Positions 1 through 13,093 of a stretch of 64,000 nucleotides of DNA are shown here, piece by piece. The notes under the pieces are model-generated. The model was not told where the DNA came from, searched no databases, and saw nothing but the letters and a program-made list of their open reading frames with translations. The first letter of the stretch is position 1. Each line of letters starts with the position of its first letter. Position numbers and translations under genes: made by a program. Location: NCBI RefSeq assembly GCF_964204645.1, contig NC_134026.1:3867950-3931949 (forward strand), given 5' to 3'. Source of the DNA: Tubulanus polymorphus (taxonomy: Eukaryota > Animalia > Nemertea).

Positions 1-3000
1 ACGATCTTCTGATCTCACGTTGTCCGAAATACTTAGTGAGAACTATTCCCAATTGAAAATCCGTGTCTCCTATCGTTATGATCGATATAAAAAAAATGTC
101 TGCAACATGGCCGTGGTATTTACGTATTCAGAAACACGATAACGGCATAAGAGCACTCGCGAAAATAAGTTATCGCATCGAAACGTTTCTTCTTCGTATC
201 TTCTAAATCTGAGATCGACACGTGAACTAAACGTCCGAATCATTCGAGCGAACGCGGTGCAACGGTAATTAAAAAAAAAGAGATGAAAAGGCTGGATATA
301 CAGCGGCCCGCTCAAGAAGTTAAATGTTATTTGATCAAAGCATATCTCATTATAGCAGTGTCGAATTTCACAAGGTGGCGTCGTCTTAGATTTGCTTCAC
401 GATGCGCGTTTAATGTGATTTTCGTCGCGTTTGAACCGTGCTGATAAACTCAAAACCGATTTATATCGCTCAGAAGACGGGCTTTCTGGACCTTTAGCCA
501 GTCGTCTATTCTTTCATTAACCGCATATACAAAAAAAACCACTAAAACCAACAGAAACCAATTTAGCCTAAAGGGCAGCTCCGGCGATAACGTGATGAAT
601 GATGTAATCGTTCAAATATTTACTCGAAACGCTATTTTTTTGTTTCGAATTCATAGTTTCTAAATCATTCTCTAATTTGTTTTGGAACAGATGTTTACGT
701 TGTAATTCTGTCCAACACATGACGCACATCAGTTTTACCTCCTTAAATCGTTTTTGCGAACAATTTTTTAATCTTGTCGATTTATTTCTGAACATCAGAT
801 GCTTTCTAAGCTGGGATTTGTTGTAGAAAAGTACCCTCAGTACAATATTTACGTCGTCTTTTTAACAGTCTTTTAAACGCATATTTTTAATCCGCGAGTT
901 AACATTTTTTCCGTTTTTACGATGGAATTTCGACGTAAAGGCGTAGTCCATAAAAACGCAAACCCATTAGCTCACTATACACGCTGCAACGAGCAAAACA
1001 AAATCCCTGTCATGTCTATAAGCCATTATCTGAGTCAACTAAGATAAAGGCGAGTTATTCATTAATCCTCTTTTAAATTAATTTGAAAATAAAGGCATGG
1101 TTAGATTCTAAACTTTCCCGGTAACCGCATTCAGTCGGTTGAAAATCGCGATAGCGGAGCAACAATCGTGGCCACAGGTGCTACAGCAGGAGCGACCAGC
1201 AGCGGAATATATGGATTATTTGATCTGTTAATACAACGATCCGCACCTAACGCACATATTTAAGGCTGGATTATTATATACTTTTGTTTTATCAACGCAA
1301 ACAGTATTCTCCTCTCATTCCATTACAAATTGAAGGTGCTGTCTAATTTTTGGAAGGGCCCGTGCACGGCACGCCAGCGACTACATTATTCAGAGGCGGT
1401 AATTCAGAGCACGGAGTGTCGCATCAACATAACGTGTTATTCTTGACCAATAACGATAAAAGTCTAATATTATTCTCCCGCATGCTCCATCCCTTTTTCT
1501 TGCTATATCACACCATGCAACGGATTTTCTTAATGCTCCAATGACCTCATGATCCAATTTATTTTCCTAGTGACGATAATATCATATGCCATTTGCCGAT
1601 ATATTTTTTGCTTTAATATTCTTTTTTTTATATGCTATGGTAAAAATTCGTGACCCGAGCTGTCGTCAGCCCGTGAATAGAGCATAAAACACTAATTGGA
1701 TGAAAAACTACACCTTCCTATCTGGAATACGTCGTCTTCGCATGATTTCAGATATTCACCAAACACAGATTATGCTTCCGCGATAATCACGTTCAATTCA
1801 ACACCGAGCAGTCAGCACTTAAAAAGTAAGCGTGGAAACTAATTCAACGCGTTTACCTAAATAAAACAAACCCTATCAACATTTCTGAGGAGAGCTGATA
1901 GCCTTTTTACAGTTGGACGGAAACAAATGCCCTTCGAAATCAGCTTCCGGTCCGAAATTAACCGAATCACCTGGCAAAGACATCATCTTTAAGAAGGTCA
2001 TTGTTGGCATCCTGGGTTGATAGAGAAAATTTACGCTAAGTTGCCCGATAATTGGACGCCGTCGAGAAAACTATTAGTCGCTAATAAATTGGTTCTTGCA
2101 ATCGATAAGATTTTCCGGAACTAATCGCTGCAGTTGTTAGAATCTTGTTAGGAATGTCATTTACACCCGTAACATCGAGAAATAGCTGGACAATTTCGCA
2201 GACGTTCACAGAATCAAGAGCAAAAATGTAATAATTCCGAGTACGCAAATTAGATTACCATATCATTCAGTACGTCGAAGTGGCCTTTAGTTAAAACGTT
2301 GTTGGTGAAATGATACGTTATTTACTCATTTCGCCATTCGAAACATTTTACGCGAGATATAATCATAACAATTAATGCTTAATCGAGTAAATACGGTTAA
2401 TGGGTTCGATAAATGATTCAGTAACAAGAATTCGACGATCCTCTATCTCTGGAGCGAGAGGAAATCTGGTGGAGTTGAATGTGAATGCATCGCCGGGTGT
2501 ATATTTGTATTTAGCCCGACGTGGTGTCGGTTTTCTGACGGTAACTCCCGGTGCGTCCAGACCATTGTAATTATTTCGCCGATAAGATAACCGCTAACTT
2601 CGGTTTGCCGGTCTAACCTCGTAGTTAACAGGTAGGTTTACACGCGGATATCAGTCTATACGCTGTAGCCTAAGTCATCCGGTTTAACTGCTTATCATCA
2701 TCGACAACCTTTGCACTTCTGATCCAGAAAAATGTACGTCATCTGATTTACGAACTACCCAATTCGCTATCAGGAAAACATCACCCAAGTATATTAATTG
2801 CTAATAAGATTCTTTTTATCAGTCGCCAAAAAATCGATCCCAAATTTAGGACAATATTTGAACAATCTATTAATCAAACCGTAAACAGAATCACCAAAAG
2901 AAACTTTTCCGACATTTTTTCTGAGGAATGTTCAAATATTCTATCAAATTGATATTCATGATATCTACCTAGATTTCTAACAACTTAGCACGAGATTATG

Positions 3001-3370
3001 GATTTTGGCATTTCACCATTTATAAGTATATAATTGGTACCTCGCAACTCAGAACGGGATTGATCATTGAACGATAATAGAAAAATTCGAAATAATAGAT
3101 TGGAAAACTCCGCAGGGCTTCATTCACTAAGTCGATCGTATTAGAATACTATCGTAATCAATTGACTGTTTTTTTTTTGTCAAAAAATATCATTTAGGAA
3201 TGACATTTCATTCCGAAGATCGGAAGAATTAGTCAACAAAACATCCCAATCCCATATCCCTATACGACGGTTGGACGTATATGAACATGATACGTTCGTT
3301 GAAATAGCAAAGCAGCTTTTTCGAATAATCTTCCTGGGGAATGATGAATTATGAGCACGTGTCGACTTAC

Positions 3371-4319
3371 CGAGCATTTTCAGAACGGCTTTTCTGGCCT
3401 TTGCTTTTTGTTGAGATTTCCAGGCAGCGGTGGCCATATCTCCGCCCTGAGATTCCGAATCTATGCGCGATACAGGTGCCTGCTGGGACCTTCTCACGGC
3501 CAACCCGATCAATATGTATAGCACTAATATCATTGTCATCGGAGTGAAGAAAAACAAGAAGGTGGCGATTTCAAACGAATGCTTCAACGAAAATTCCTCT
3601 TTTACGTTACAAATGGAAGATTCCAAGATAGGTTTGTTATTTTCGTCGGGTATGTACACGAGCCCAAATTGCATAGCCATAGGCGTGGCGCAAATGCCCG
3701 AAATTATCCAAATAACAACGATTACCCGGGTGGGCCTGGAAAGAGTCGACATGGCATGGGCCTTCATCGGGTGGCAGATAGCGATATAACGTTCCACTGT
3801 AAACCCAGTTATCGTTAAAATCGAAGCGTACGTGGACGCCTCGGCGGCAAACGTCCGTAAGATGCAAAACGTTTCACCGAAAACATAAGGGTAAGCTGAC
3901 CAGAACGAATAGGTCTCAGTCGGTAAGCCGAGCACTAGAACTAACAAATCAGCGACGGCCAAATTAAACAGGTAATAATTCGTCGAAGTATGCATATACT
4001 TATTCCTCGTGATGACAATGCAAGTGATTATATTTCCGAGTGTACCCGTCACAAAAATGATTATGTAAACGATCGTGATTGGAATTATTTTCAGAAGTGC
4101 TTCTCTTTTCGGGCCGATAGCGTCAACCAGATCGATGGTGATGTTTTGTAGGATTTCCTTTTCCGAATTGTCGTTTGTCCAAATCGAGGTATTCCCTTCA
4201 CCGCCCGACATGTTTCCGTTCTCGCCGAAGTTACCATCACGATACACCAGCACCGGCGAAGAAGTCTGATTAACTAAATAGTTCGTATTATTGCTGGCTG
4301 TGATGTTTATGCCTGACAT
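3371..4319 (-). CDS. Class A neuropeptide GPCR, neuromedin-U/pyrokinin/CAPA (PRXamide) receptor-like; first coding exon (TM1-TM5 and ICL3). TM6-7 exons not found in window, gene runs off the left edge
   Basis: ORF 3180..4319 contains GNxxT (TM1), TNYYLFNLAVADLL (TM2), WSAYPYVFGETFC (ECL1), SILTITGFTVERYIAICHP (ERY variant of DRY) and FFFTPM (TM5). Receptor-like sequence stops at KAVLKML G|gtaagt (donor at 3370). Confidence 0.85.
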
Positions 4320-5899
4320 TTTCGTCGTTAAATGAAAATATTTCTTCCTCCACTGCTTTAAGAAACTACGTGAACGGCAAGGTTATAGATTACTCCGATC
4401 TCGACTCGTCGCAGCTTCATACAGAGCAACAATGCCATAATAGATAATGATAGTTATAGTAGAAGTAGTTAAATTATTTCGTAACTTACAGTTAACTGAA
4501 TCGCTAGACGATATCCATTAAATCACTGTTTCAATTTTGACCCGGTTGATTTTTGTTTCAATTCATTACCTCAATAAATTTACACGATGAAAAACGAGTG
4601 AATCTCCGAAACAACTATCTTTTAAACGCATTTCGTCTTTTTCCTCCCGGTCTTCGATGAATACATATGATATATATAACTGTTACGTAATATCCAGTGT
4701 AATACCTTCATTAACTGTCGTTGTGTGTATTAATTACTTTCGTTCAATGCAGTTTGAATCACTTCTCGAAACACCGAGCTAGCCACACGGTGAAGTTGGC
4801 GGACTCGATGGCGTTCCAGCGTGAAGTACAATTTTATCAACTCGCCTCACGTCGATACAAGCGTGCGCAGTCTGGCGGCTTTGTCAATAATGTTATACTG
4901 ATGACAAATGACAACTGGTGCTAATAAGCGTTTCCTTTACTAGAGTAACCCAACCTATGACCCTGTCTTAACGGTCAGACGGAGTTTTAATGCGATAATA
5001 TGTGATGCCATTATTGGTAGCATACAGAATCGTGTTGTTACGTATCCCTAAATTATTATTGAAGTATTGAAGTATTGAGGTTGCCACACACAGTTATTTG
5101 ATTCCCAGCTGCAAGACACATCGATACGTCTGTGTACAACATGTATATACGTTGAGAAAGATCCCTGGTTGAGATCTATAACATCGCAAAATAGCGAATG
5201 ACCGCTCGTACACTAGTCATAAGTTCGTATCAGCAACATCTGGTCGATCATCAGGATGTTAAAAATCCGGGGATGGTGAGATTCTTAAAAAAAAAACTGC
5301 AAAATAAGACAACTTGTGGGGAGTTTTCCAAGATTTATCGAGAATCAGAGCGCTAATGCGCAGGTGCACGCGCACGTAGGGTAAGTGCGACACGAATGAG
5401 ATTGCCAGTTGTATAATCGCCGAGGATGGAGTAACCCGGGCTAAAATAAAACGCGATATCTGATTGGCTATTAATGACATCACCTGGTTAACGGGCTTGT
5501 CAGTAGGGTGTGGTGCCGTGGCAGTGTTGATGCAAGACATTGGCAACAAAAGAATTTTTTTATTACGGGTCGAGAACTACAAATGTACTTATTTGGACTT
5601 AGATTTTTTCCGGAATTCACGGAAGCTGTTGTACTTTTCCCTTTACCAAAGTACTGGCAATACCTGGCAACTAAAGTGAAACATCGAGGCAGTCAAATCA
5701 TAGGCTTCAATGGCTGCGCAACCGATACGATGCAATCGGGTTTAAAGGATTCCGATACTACTGAAGTTGGATCAAATGGCACAATCTGTCGTCGCTTGTT
5801 CTTCTGGCCTTGAATTTTAGTAAAAGTATTTCTGGAGTTCAGCGATTGGTCAAATGTCCACATGGCGCAATGCGATTGGTTCTTCCGACATATCACCCA

Positions 5900-5995
5900 G
5901 GACCCGGTTCCACAGTTGTGAATTTAAGTTAGTTCATTATCAATGATTCTCCTCGCGAGTCAAATCTTAAATCGGAACTGTGGAACTGAATCGTA
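5900..5995. mobile_element. Short MITE-like element, family A (TIR GGACCCGGTTCCACAGTT)
   Basis: ggacccggttccacagttgtga ... aactgtggaactga; the same termini recur at ~51964-52060 and ~54516-54792. Confidence 0.6.
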
Positions 5996-7322
5996 GACCT
6001 AGTTAAATCAGTCATGCAGTTCATCATTTTCAATGTTTCAAATCCGAGAGTCAAATCTTCAGTGATAACGTGCAACTGAGTCCCGGACACGGCTTCCAGT
6101 TATGCATCACGAGATATTTACAATAAAGAGCTAAATTCGAATGTATTGTATGTATATACAATGTATATTGGAATTTATTATCACGAAAAGAATAATTGCA
6201 AAAAAAGAAAACTCGAAAGTAAACAACGCATGAGATCTATTTCAAACACTGTCGTTAACGACGAACAATAAGATTAATTTAGAAATCTCAGATAATATAT
6301 TGTGCAAGTGTGTATGGCACGTGACCATAGCCCGGTATTCACGAGTGTTCTAAAGCGAGAGTCGTCGCGATGGACACATCTTGTTAAGTGACCTTGGCTA
6401 CAATTTTTTGCATTTCTTCAAAATGGAGCAAAATGGTCAAAAAGAGAAGCGATTTATTGCCGCACTCCGGGCAACTTCCATCTGTTGCCTGCGATAATAG
6501 TTTTTCCGGAGCAATCCTCTCACGGCATGATTCGAACCTGATGGCATCGTGAGCCCTGTTTAGCTAGAGCCCGAAGATGCATGCGTACGTCGGGTAGCCG
6601 GCGAAAATATATAAAACATGATTTCTGATTGGGGGCGATGACGCGAGCCTATTCCGGCGCGCAGGATGAACTTCAGTTTTCGTAAGCCGAACTAAATGCG
6701 GAGCCGTATGTCAGTTAATCGGAATTATAGTCCAGAAATTGTCGACCACGCGATTGAACGCGGTCGCTGTAGTTAGGACCTAGTTCCAAGATGGCCGACA
6801 TCAGTTCCGATTGCCTGCCGAAGAAGGATAATAATGAGCGAGGAAAAATGCTATCTGCCGATAGTGGAAACTAATCTTTATTAGGTTTACAAAGTAGGAA
6901 ATCGCTCTCAGGCAACCGCTCGTGAAAACCAGACTTAAATCATCACATATTCGTATTCAAGAGGTATCAGCTAATACATTAATATACAAAAGGTACAGAC
7001 AAACTATAAAAATCAATCGTGACATTTTTTCATTCAAAGCAAATAACACGCAACACAATCAGACAACTTTTAAAACGTCCTTATTAAATAATGATAATCA
7101 AACATGTATTTTATATTGTACGTTCAGGAAAATAGATAATGCTTTTAAATATTCTTCCATTAGATAGTACAGTGTATAAATATTATATAACAATTTCATG
7201 AAACAAAACGGAAAAAATATTTCATGAAAATTCCAAATGTCGACGATGATGAATAATATATATCACGTACGGATGTAAATGATTAGTTGAGCCAATATTG
7301 TCGTCCCTATATCTTCTATTTT

Positions 7323-9996
7323 TCATAAAACGACCTTCCCGCCACCGTTAGCCATCAACTTCCGTTCGGCCCGTTTCTGTTCTTTCTGAGCGAGTTTTCG
7401 TCGATACAAAAATTCGGCGATACCGTACGAGGAAATGCCCAGTATCGTTAAAGCTAATCCGAGGTATATTTTGAGGTGCATGCAAATGAAATTCCCGTAC
7501 GCGAACACAACTGCGCTGCCTAGTGTAAAAAACATACGATGGCTTGCGATCGCCGGTTCCTGTTGATCTTTAAAAAGAATACCAACAAAAGCTGAAAAGT
7601 CAATATGTTCGTTACTACATGTAATACAAGCGTCAGATTTTTGACGCCGTTAAAACCCTATAAGTACATTAATGTTTCTATACATTGATAACTACTAAGG
7701 CCCTATGCGTTATTCAAGGGGGTCCTGTGTGGTGAAGGAGTATTGGGTCGATGTACGATTAGCGTTTTGAGATAACAAATACAATTGCGAATTTCGGCGT
7801 TCATTTTGTAATTAAATGTATCTCTTGACTCTTAATTTCTATCTAATATATTGCCATGTCTTGTTGATGTTGAATTTTGATATGCGTCCCTCGTCATAAC
7901 AATCGGCGCCATTCAATTCAATTGTCAATAGATTCATATTCAAATCCATTGTCAAAAGGCACTGTATAATGTGTTACGTATCTTTCATCAAGGAGTCAAT
8001 ATAAAACTTTTAAAGTTCAAGTTTCTTGTCTACTACATGTATATCTACGTACTAGAAAGGTTCGGGAGAAAGATTTCTAACATGTTTTTTTCTACTTTTT
8101 ACTTACCAGCTAACTGCGGCTGCCAAACGGCATCGCAGAATCCAGAAACGGCAGGAATAACGAAGAATACCGCTATATGACGCGTGTCGGGAATCCACAG
8201 CAGCATAGCGAGGTACATGGCTATTTGGACTAGTGAGGTGAACACGAAAATTACAGGTCTTCCGATCCATTTCGTAATTTCGCCGACGCCATAAGAGCAG
8301 ATCATATCAGTGGCACCGAATGCGGTCATCGCATAACCAACCCAATTCATACCGAGAGCACATGTTATATAATTCTGAAGAACAAGAAAAGGTGTTTTAC
8401 TAAAAATCCGATGAGCCTCACTCACGATTAATGTTACAATAAACGCAATCCATTAAATCTAATCTCGACATAGCTTCGGCAAAACCGGGGAACTAGAAAA
8501 TGATAGAATCGGATTGAAAATAAGTCGCATACTTTTTAAAATGCAACGCTTTCGAGAACAACGAAAGTTTGGAATTAAATCGACTTCGAGATTTCAGTAT
8601 TCGACGGGTTACGATATTGATCATTTCTTAGTAATTGCGAGAAACCACCAACCTGGGTGAAGTCGGCGAACATGTACGCCATCTGCATACCAGCGGCAAA
8701 ACTTATCGGCAACAACGTCAGCATTTCAGGTTTTGCCAGAATAGTCAAACTCGCGCAAAGCAGATCTTTAGATGATGAATTTTCTGACACGACTGACGCG
8801 ATGCTCAGATGACTTCCGTAGTTTTCGGCGGCGGCTCGAGATAACTTGAAGCGCTCCAAAAGAACGCCAGTGATTACCATAGCTATTACTATAAAAAGCA
8901 GATACAGCCCTCCGAGCATGTACAACTTTAACTTACGATCATCCATTACTTCGCTATCTTCAACCAGTCTCCGAGATTCGTTATTTATCGTTGAAGAATT
9001 CGAAATAAATTCGTCGTAAGGAAATGAATTGGTCGAGTTTAGATGAGACAGTTCCTCCGCCACGATCGTTTGTGGACAATGGCTGGCACCGCAAAATGTT
9101 GTATTGGAATGTCCCATCAATTGAACGGCTCCAGATTGTAATACTAAAGATGACAACAAATTTCCGATAACCTGCGACGATTGTTGAAAACATAGAAAAA
9201 TGCCGGTAAACTTGCTAATAATATGGTCATGGATCCCGTGAGTTAGTATTGCATAGTCTAATCCAGCAGTGGTTATGTACATTAAGGCCGATGTCCACAA
9301 TGGGCCCTGAACGCTTCCTAAAAGGAAAGACGTAGGTAACAGAGTATAATACCGTGGATATAAAACTGACGCAGTAAACAAAAACATCGCTCCATAAGCG
9401 ATCATAATTGACAATTTCGGCGTCAGTTTTTTGACAAGGAATGGCGTAAAAAAGCAAGAGCATATTCCCAGTGTGTAGACGATACTGAGCGAAGCAAATC
9501 CGAGTCCGTCATCAGTTAATAGACTACTCGCTAGATTCTGCAACGAATTAAAAGCAGTATACACTAAACAGAATCCTAACGACACAACCAAATGACTTTT
9601 CCAGCATTTTCTTTTGGAAACGGATTCGTTTTTCACAGGGTTATCGCGTGCTAGAGGGGAGGTGTTCGGCGTCGTTCGTGGCTGTTCGTCATTGTAGAGA
9701 TTTCTAAAACTGACGCTTTTGCCAATCGACCGATAACTGCCTCCAAACGATCCGGGAATCAGTGAAGACTTTAATGGTCCGGGACGCGACACATCGTGGT
9801 CTGAATTAGCAATGCCTAAATCTTTGCGAGTATTTGGTGCAGATTTCGACTGGCGACAGTAAATGTCATTAGTACTGCAACTGTCCCGTTTCGAGAGCAT
9901 CCGCATTGAGGCGTCTGGAGGCGACCACTCATGATCGCTGTCGGTTTGCTTCCTCCCAACGTCGCCATTTTCCGTATCATCTATGTCGTTAGCCAT
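7323..9996 (-). CDS. UNC-93-like MFS membrane protein (UNC93A-like); coding exons 9996-8653, 8374-8107, 7591-7323
   Basis: Motifs GFCLVYTAFNSLQNLASSL, GPLWTSALMYIT, FCGASHCP, FADFTQ|NYITCALG, GFCDAVWQPQ and FKDQQEPAIASHRMFFTLG. Introns are GT-AG with consistent phases, and an acceptor at 10001-10000 implies an upstream exon. Confidence 0.88.
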
Positions 9997-12900
9997 CGAC
10001 TGAAAAAATATAACGAAATTATGACTTCTATCAAGAACCTCATATAAATTAATCATTACCATCAAAATTCCATGTATACACGCACGCGCGCGCACACAAT
10101 ATATACACTAGTGTGTAATATATACATAATATAAAACCTGACAGATCTTTTTTCATATTTCCTTCCTTTTTCAAAGCGGTGACACTGCACTATGCCACCA
10201 ATTAGTTCGCGTCTATTCAAATCCCATGATCTTCGTTACATGGTTTGTATCAGGAACCAGAGAAATAAATTATGTAGGTTACCTGCATAATTTCTTTCAT
10301 GTCATACATCCTACTATTTACTAAACGTTTGGCCCGCTTGAGACACCAAGTTTGGCATCACCGCACATTTAGTCTTCGATAAAACTATAACGCAACATAC
10401 AGGAACCCTCAGGACTCAGAAATACATTTGCAAAAATGCGACACATGTATATGTATATATACTACGGCAGGCGCACATTTCCGTGGCTCAGAAACGACTG
10501 GGATATTCGAATAAATGTTGGATCTATTATAACGTAGTATAGCTGCCTTTGTGATCACAACAAAGAGTCTATTTCTTTGCGAATGGGTTGGGTTTTTGCC
10601 ATAACCTGGTCAAATTTGTGAGTACATTGTCCAACCTCTAAAACGAACGTTTCAAATACCATGACTGATATGTACGTAGGCCATACAGTCGACTGTGGAT
10701 CAGTGTAGTTTCCATCCTTGAATCAGGGGAATCACAATTTGGCAATCCCTCACTTGAGAAACAATTCAATAACGATACATCGATCAGAGACCCATATTTG
10801 GGGACGTAGGTCTGGCTCTGTTGAGCTTCATCATGAGTTATGAGCAAAAACGTGCAACCATTCAGACAATGTTAATACCATGGACTTAAGTCCAAGGTTA
10901 TATGCGTACGTCCTGTCACTAACAACCCGCACACGAGTCCATCTTCCGAGACTTACCGTATATATTTGCTAAGAGCCTACATTAAACTACTGACGTAACC
11001 CTAGAGACCGTATACGTCCATAGAAACTACGTACATAAAACCTTCCGTTCAGTTAAACCATGAACGTCGTTTTTGAGTCCATGCTTGAATTGGTTTCTTC
11101 GCTAATGCGCATTTCAAAGCCTATATTCACGCACAGAATGGATTGTATATACTGTGTACTGTAAATACTAGGTCTAAACCCATACTATTATAACCACACG
11201 AATCAAAGCCATGCATTTCAACGCCATCTGCTGCTTCCTTCCACATTGATTCCCACTGCATACGTATTGATCTGCGTATGTGCCGGCGTGCGAGAAGCTG
11301 GATGACATGATGGCGCGAAAATCAAAGGGTGTCGGCACGCGAGCCAATACAATGAATGGGAGGACATATCGCGTTAAATTTCCGCCGCGGAGCGGGGTGA
11401 TTGGGAAAACCTAGGAACTCAGGCGATCAAATCATGACATTTAACGCGATTTCGCTGTTTATTATCGACATAATTAAATCGTAAAACCATGGACTCTAAT
11501 TTCGCTAAAAATTCGTTAAGTACGGTACCGGCATGGTCGGTATAAGGGGCGGGAGTTGTGAGCCTTGGAAAAGTGCCCAATTGTTATAACCTTTAGAACT
11601 GCCCTTTTTCTGGTTTCTCTGCTATATATCTATCTATCAGGTATGTGAATTCAAGATAGTGATCTGAGCATTTTCTACTAGTCGGTAGCTATTTTCTCGG
11701 CCGCCCCGGCACCAAGATGCGCACCGGTTCGCGCTCTAAGACGACCAACCCGGCAAATTCCTGACACGCCACCGGCCTGTCAAGGAGGTCATGATCGGAT
11801 TGGACATCTACGTCTGAATCCCATCCGATGGTCAATGAGTTTAAAACCTACACTCGATGGCTAAGTTTTCTGAATTTGTGTGGTGCCCATCCGTCGTCCT
11901 CGGGCGGCGAACGAATGAGCGAGCCACGGACCGCACGTAGTTTGAAAATAAAAATGACAGGCAAATGGGTAGAGGGAACGGCGTTTGAGCACCTACTGTA
12001 ATACAGTAATTCACCACCGTTTGACGTTTTAACAGCCACCGAATAGGGCACTAGGCATCAAGTTCAGCTGGTGCGCCCAGTCCTTTGCCTGAACTACCAG
12101 TACTGCCTCGTCGCGAAAACTTCATATTTGACACCTTTCCCAGTCTCGTGGTGATTCACAGACTGCGCAAACGGCCCCTTTGCGACGCCAAATTTTGAAA
12201 TTATATTGACTGGTTGCCTGTCGAGTTCAGCGCGGCAACCAGTCTATAAATTATACACCGTCCTATCGACATTATGAAATTGTATCCACCACAAATTAGC
12301 TTCCGTGTTGCTGTCAAAAAGAGGGTAGGGCCTATGTTCTAATCATCTAATCGTTGTCACTGATTATTTGACTGCTTAAGTCGAATTATCTGCTTAGTTC
12401 ACGCTTGGAGAGTTGAACCTACGATTTTGATCCAAAGGCGTGGGCCCACTCAACAACAATAACATGGCTTTTTTTACAGCACCACACAGGCACAACACCA
12501 CTCCTCACCTGCTCACCGACCGGCAACCACCCCCGGCGCCGGCTGTCTGTGGTCGGTTGTGCATCATATGGTCCTACTAATAGTAAGCCCTAGTACTACT
12601 ATACCTAGTTAGTTACCTAATCGTTGGTGGTAAGCTTTTTATAATCGGATGGGCTTATACCAACATGTATATGTGGTTTGTGAAAATATCCGATCGTGAA
12701 ACTAAACCACAGTCAGGTTACTGACTATACTATACCATGGAATATTCTGGAGCTGACATGCATCAAGAATCATGAACTCAAGTTATTCTGTTACGGACTT
12801 CCAATAATGGATTGTCTTGATATTATGGTTCATCATACAAACACATCCGCAAGTCAGTGCAACTGGCGCGCAGATTGGTCTGATCACATTCAAGATGGCC

Positions 12901-13093
12901 GACTGGCAGCCATTGTCAAACAAATTTAAATGAAGTGTCTGGGTGGTTGGGTACACTAGGATCGTAGAGCCCTGTGGAATACAACCACTTCCAGGACGGA
13001 TTCTAGGATATATTTAAGCAATATTGGGGAAATTTACGGAATAAATAATCAATGAATGGGTTTGTTTTATTTTAGCTCTGATCATCAAAAATC

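Noticed and set aside
1-3370. Short ORFs, the ORF-track tail of the GPCR after KMLG, and a search for the TM6/TM7 exon
   Set aside because: There is a strong gtaagt donor at 3370 and the tail is not receptor-like. I found no CWxPF/NPxxY-coding exon and no recognisable protein, so the region is treated as intron.
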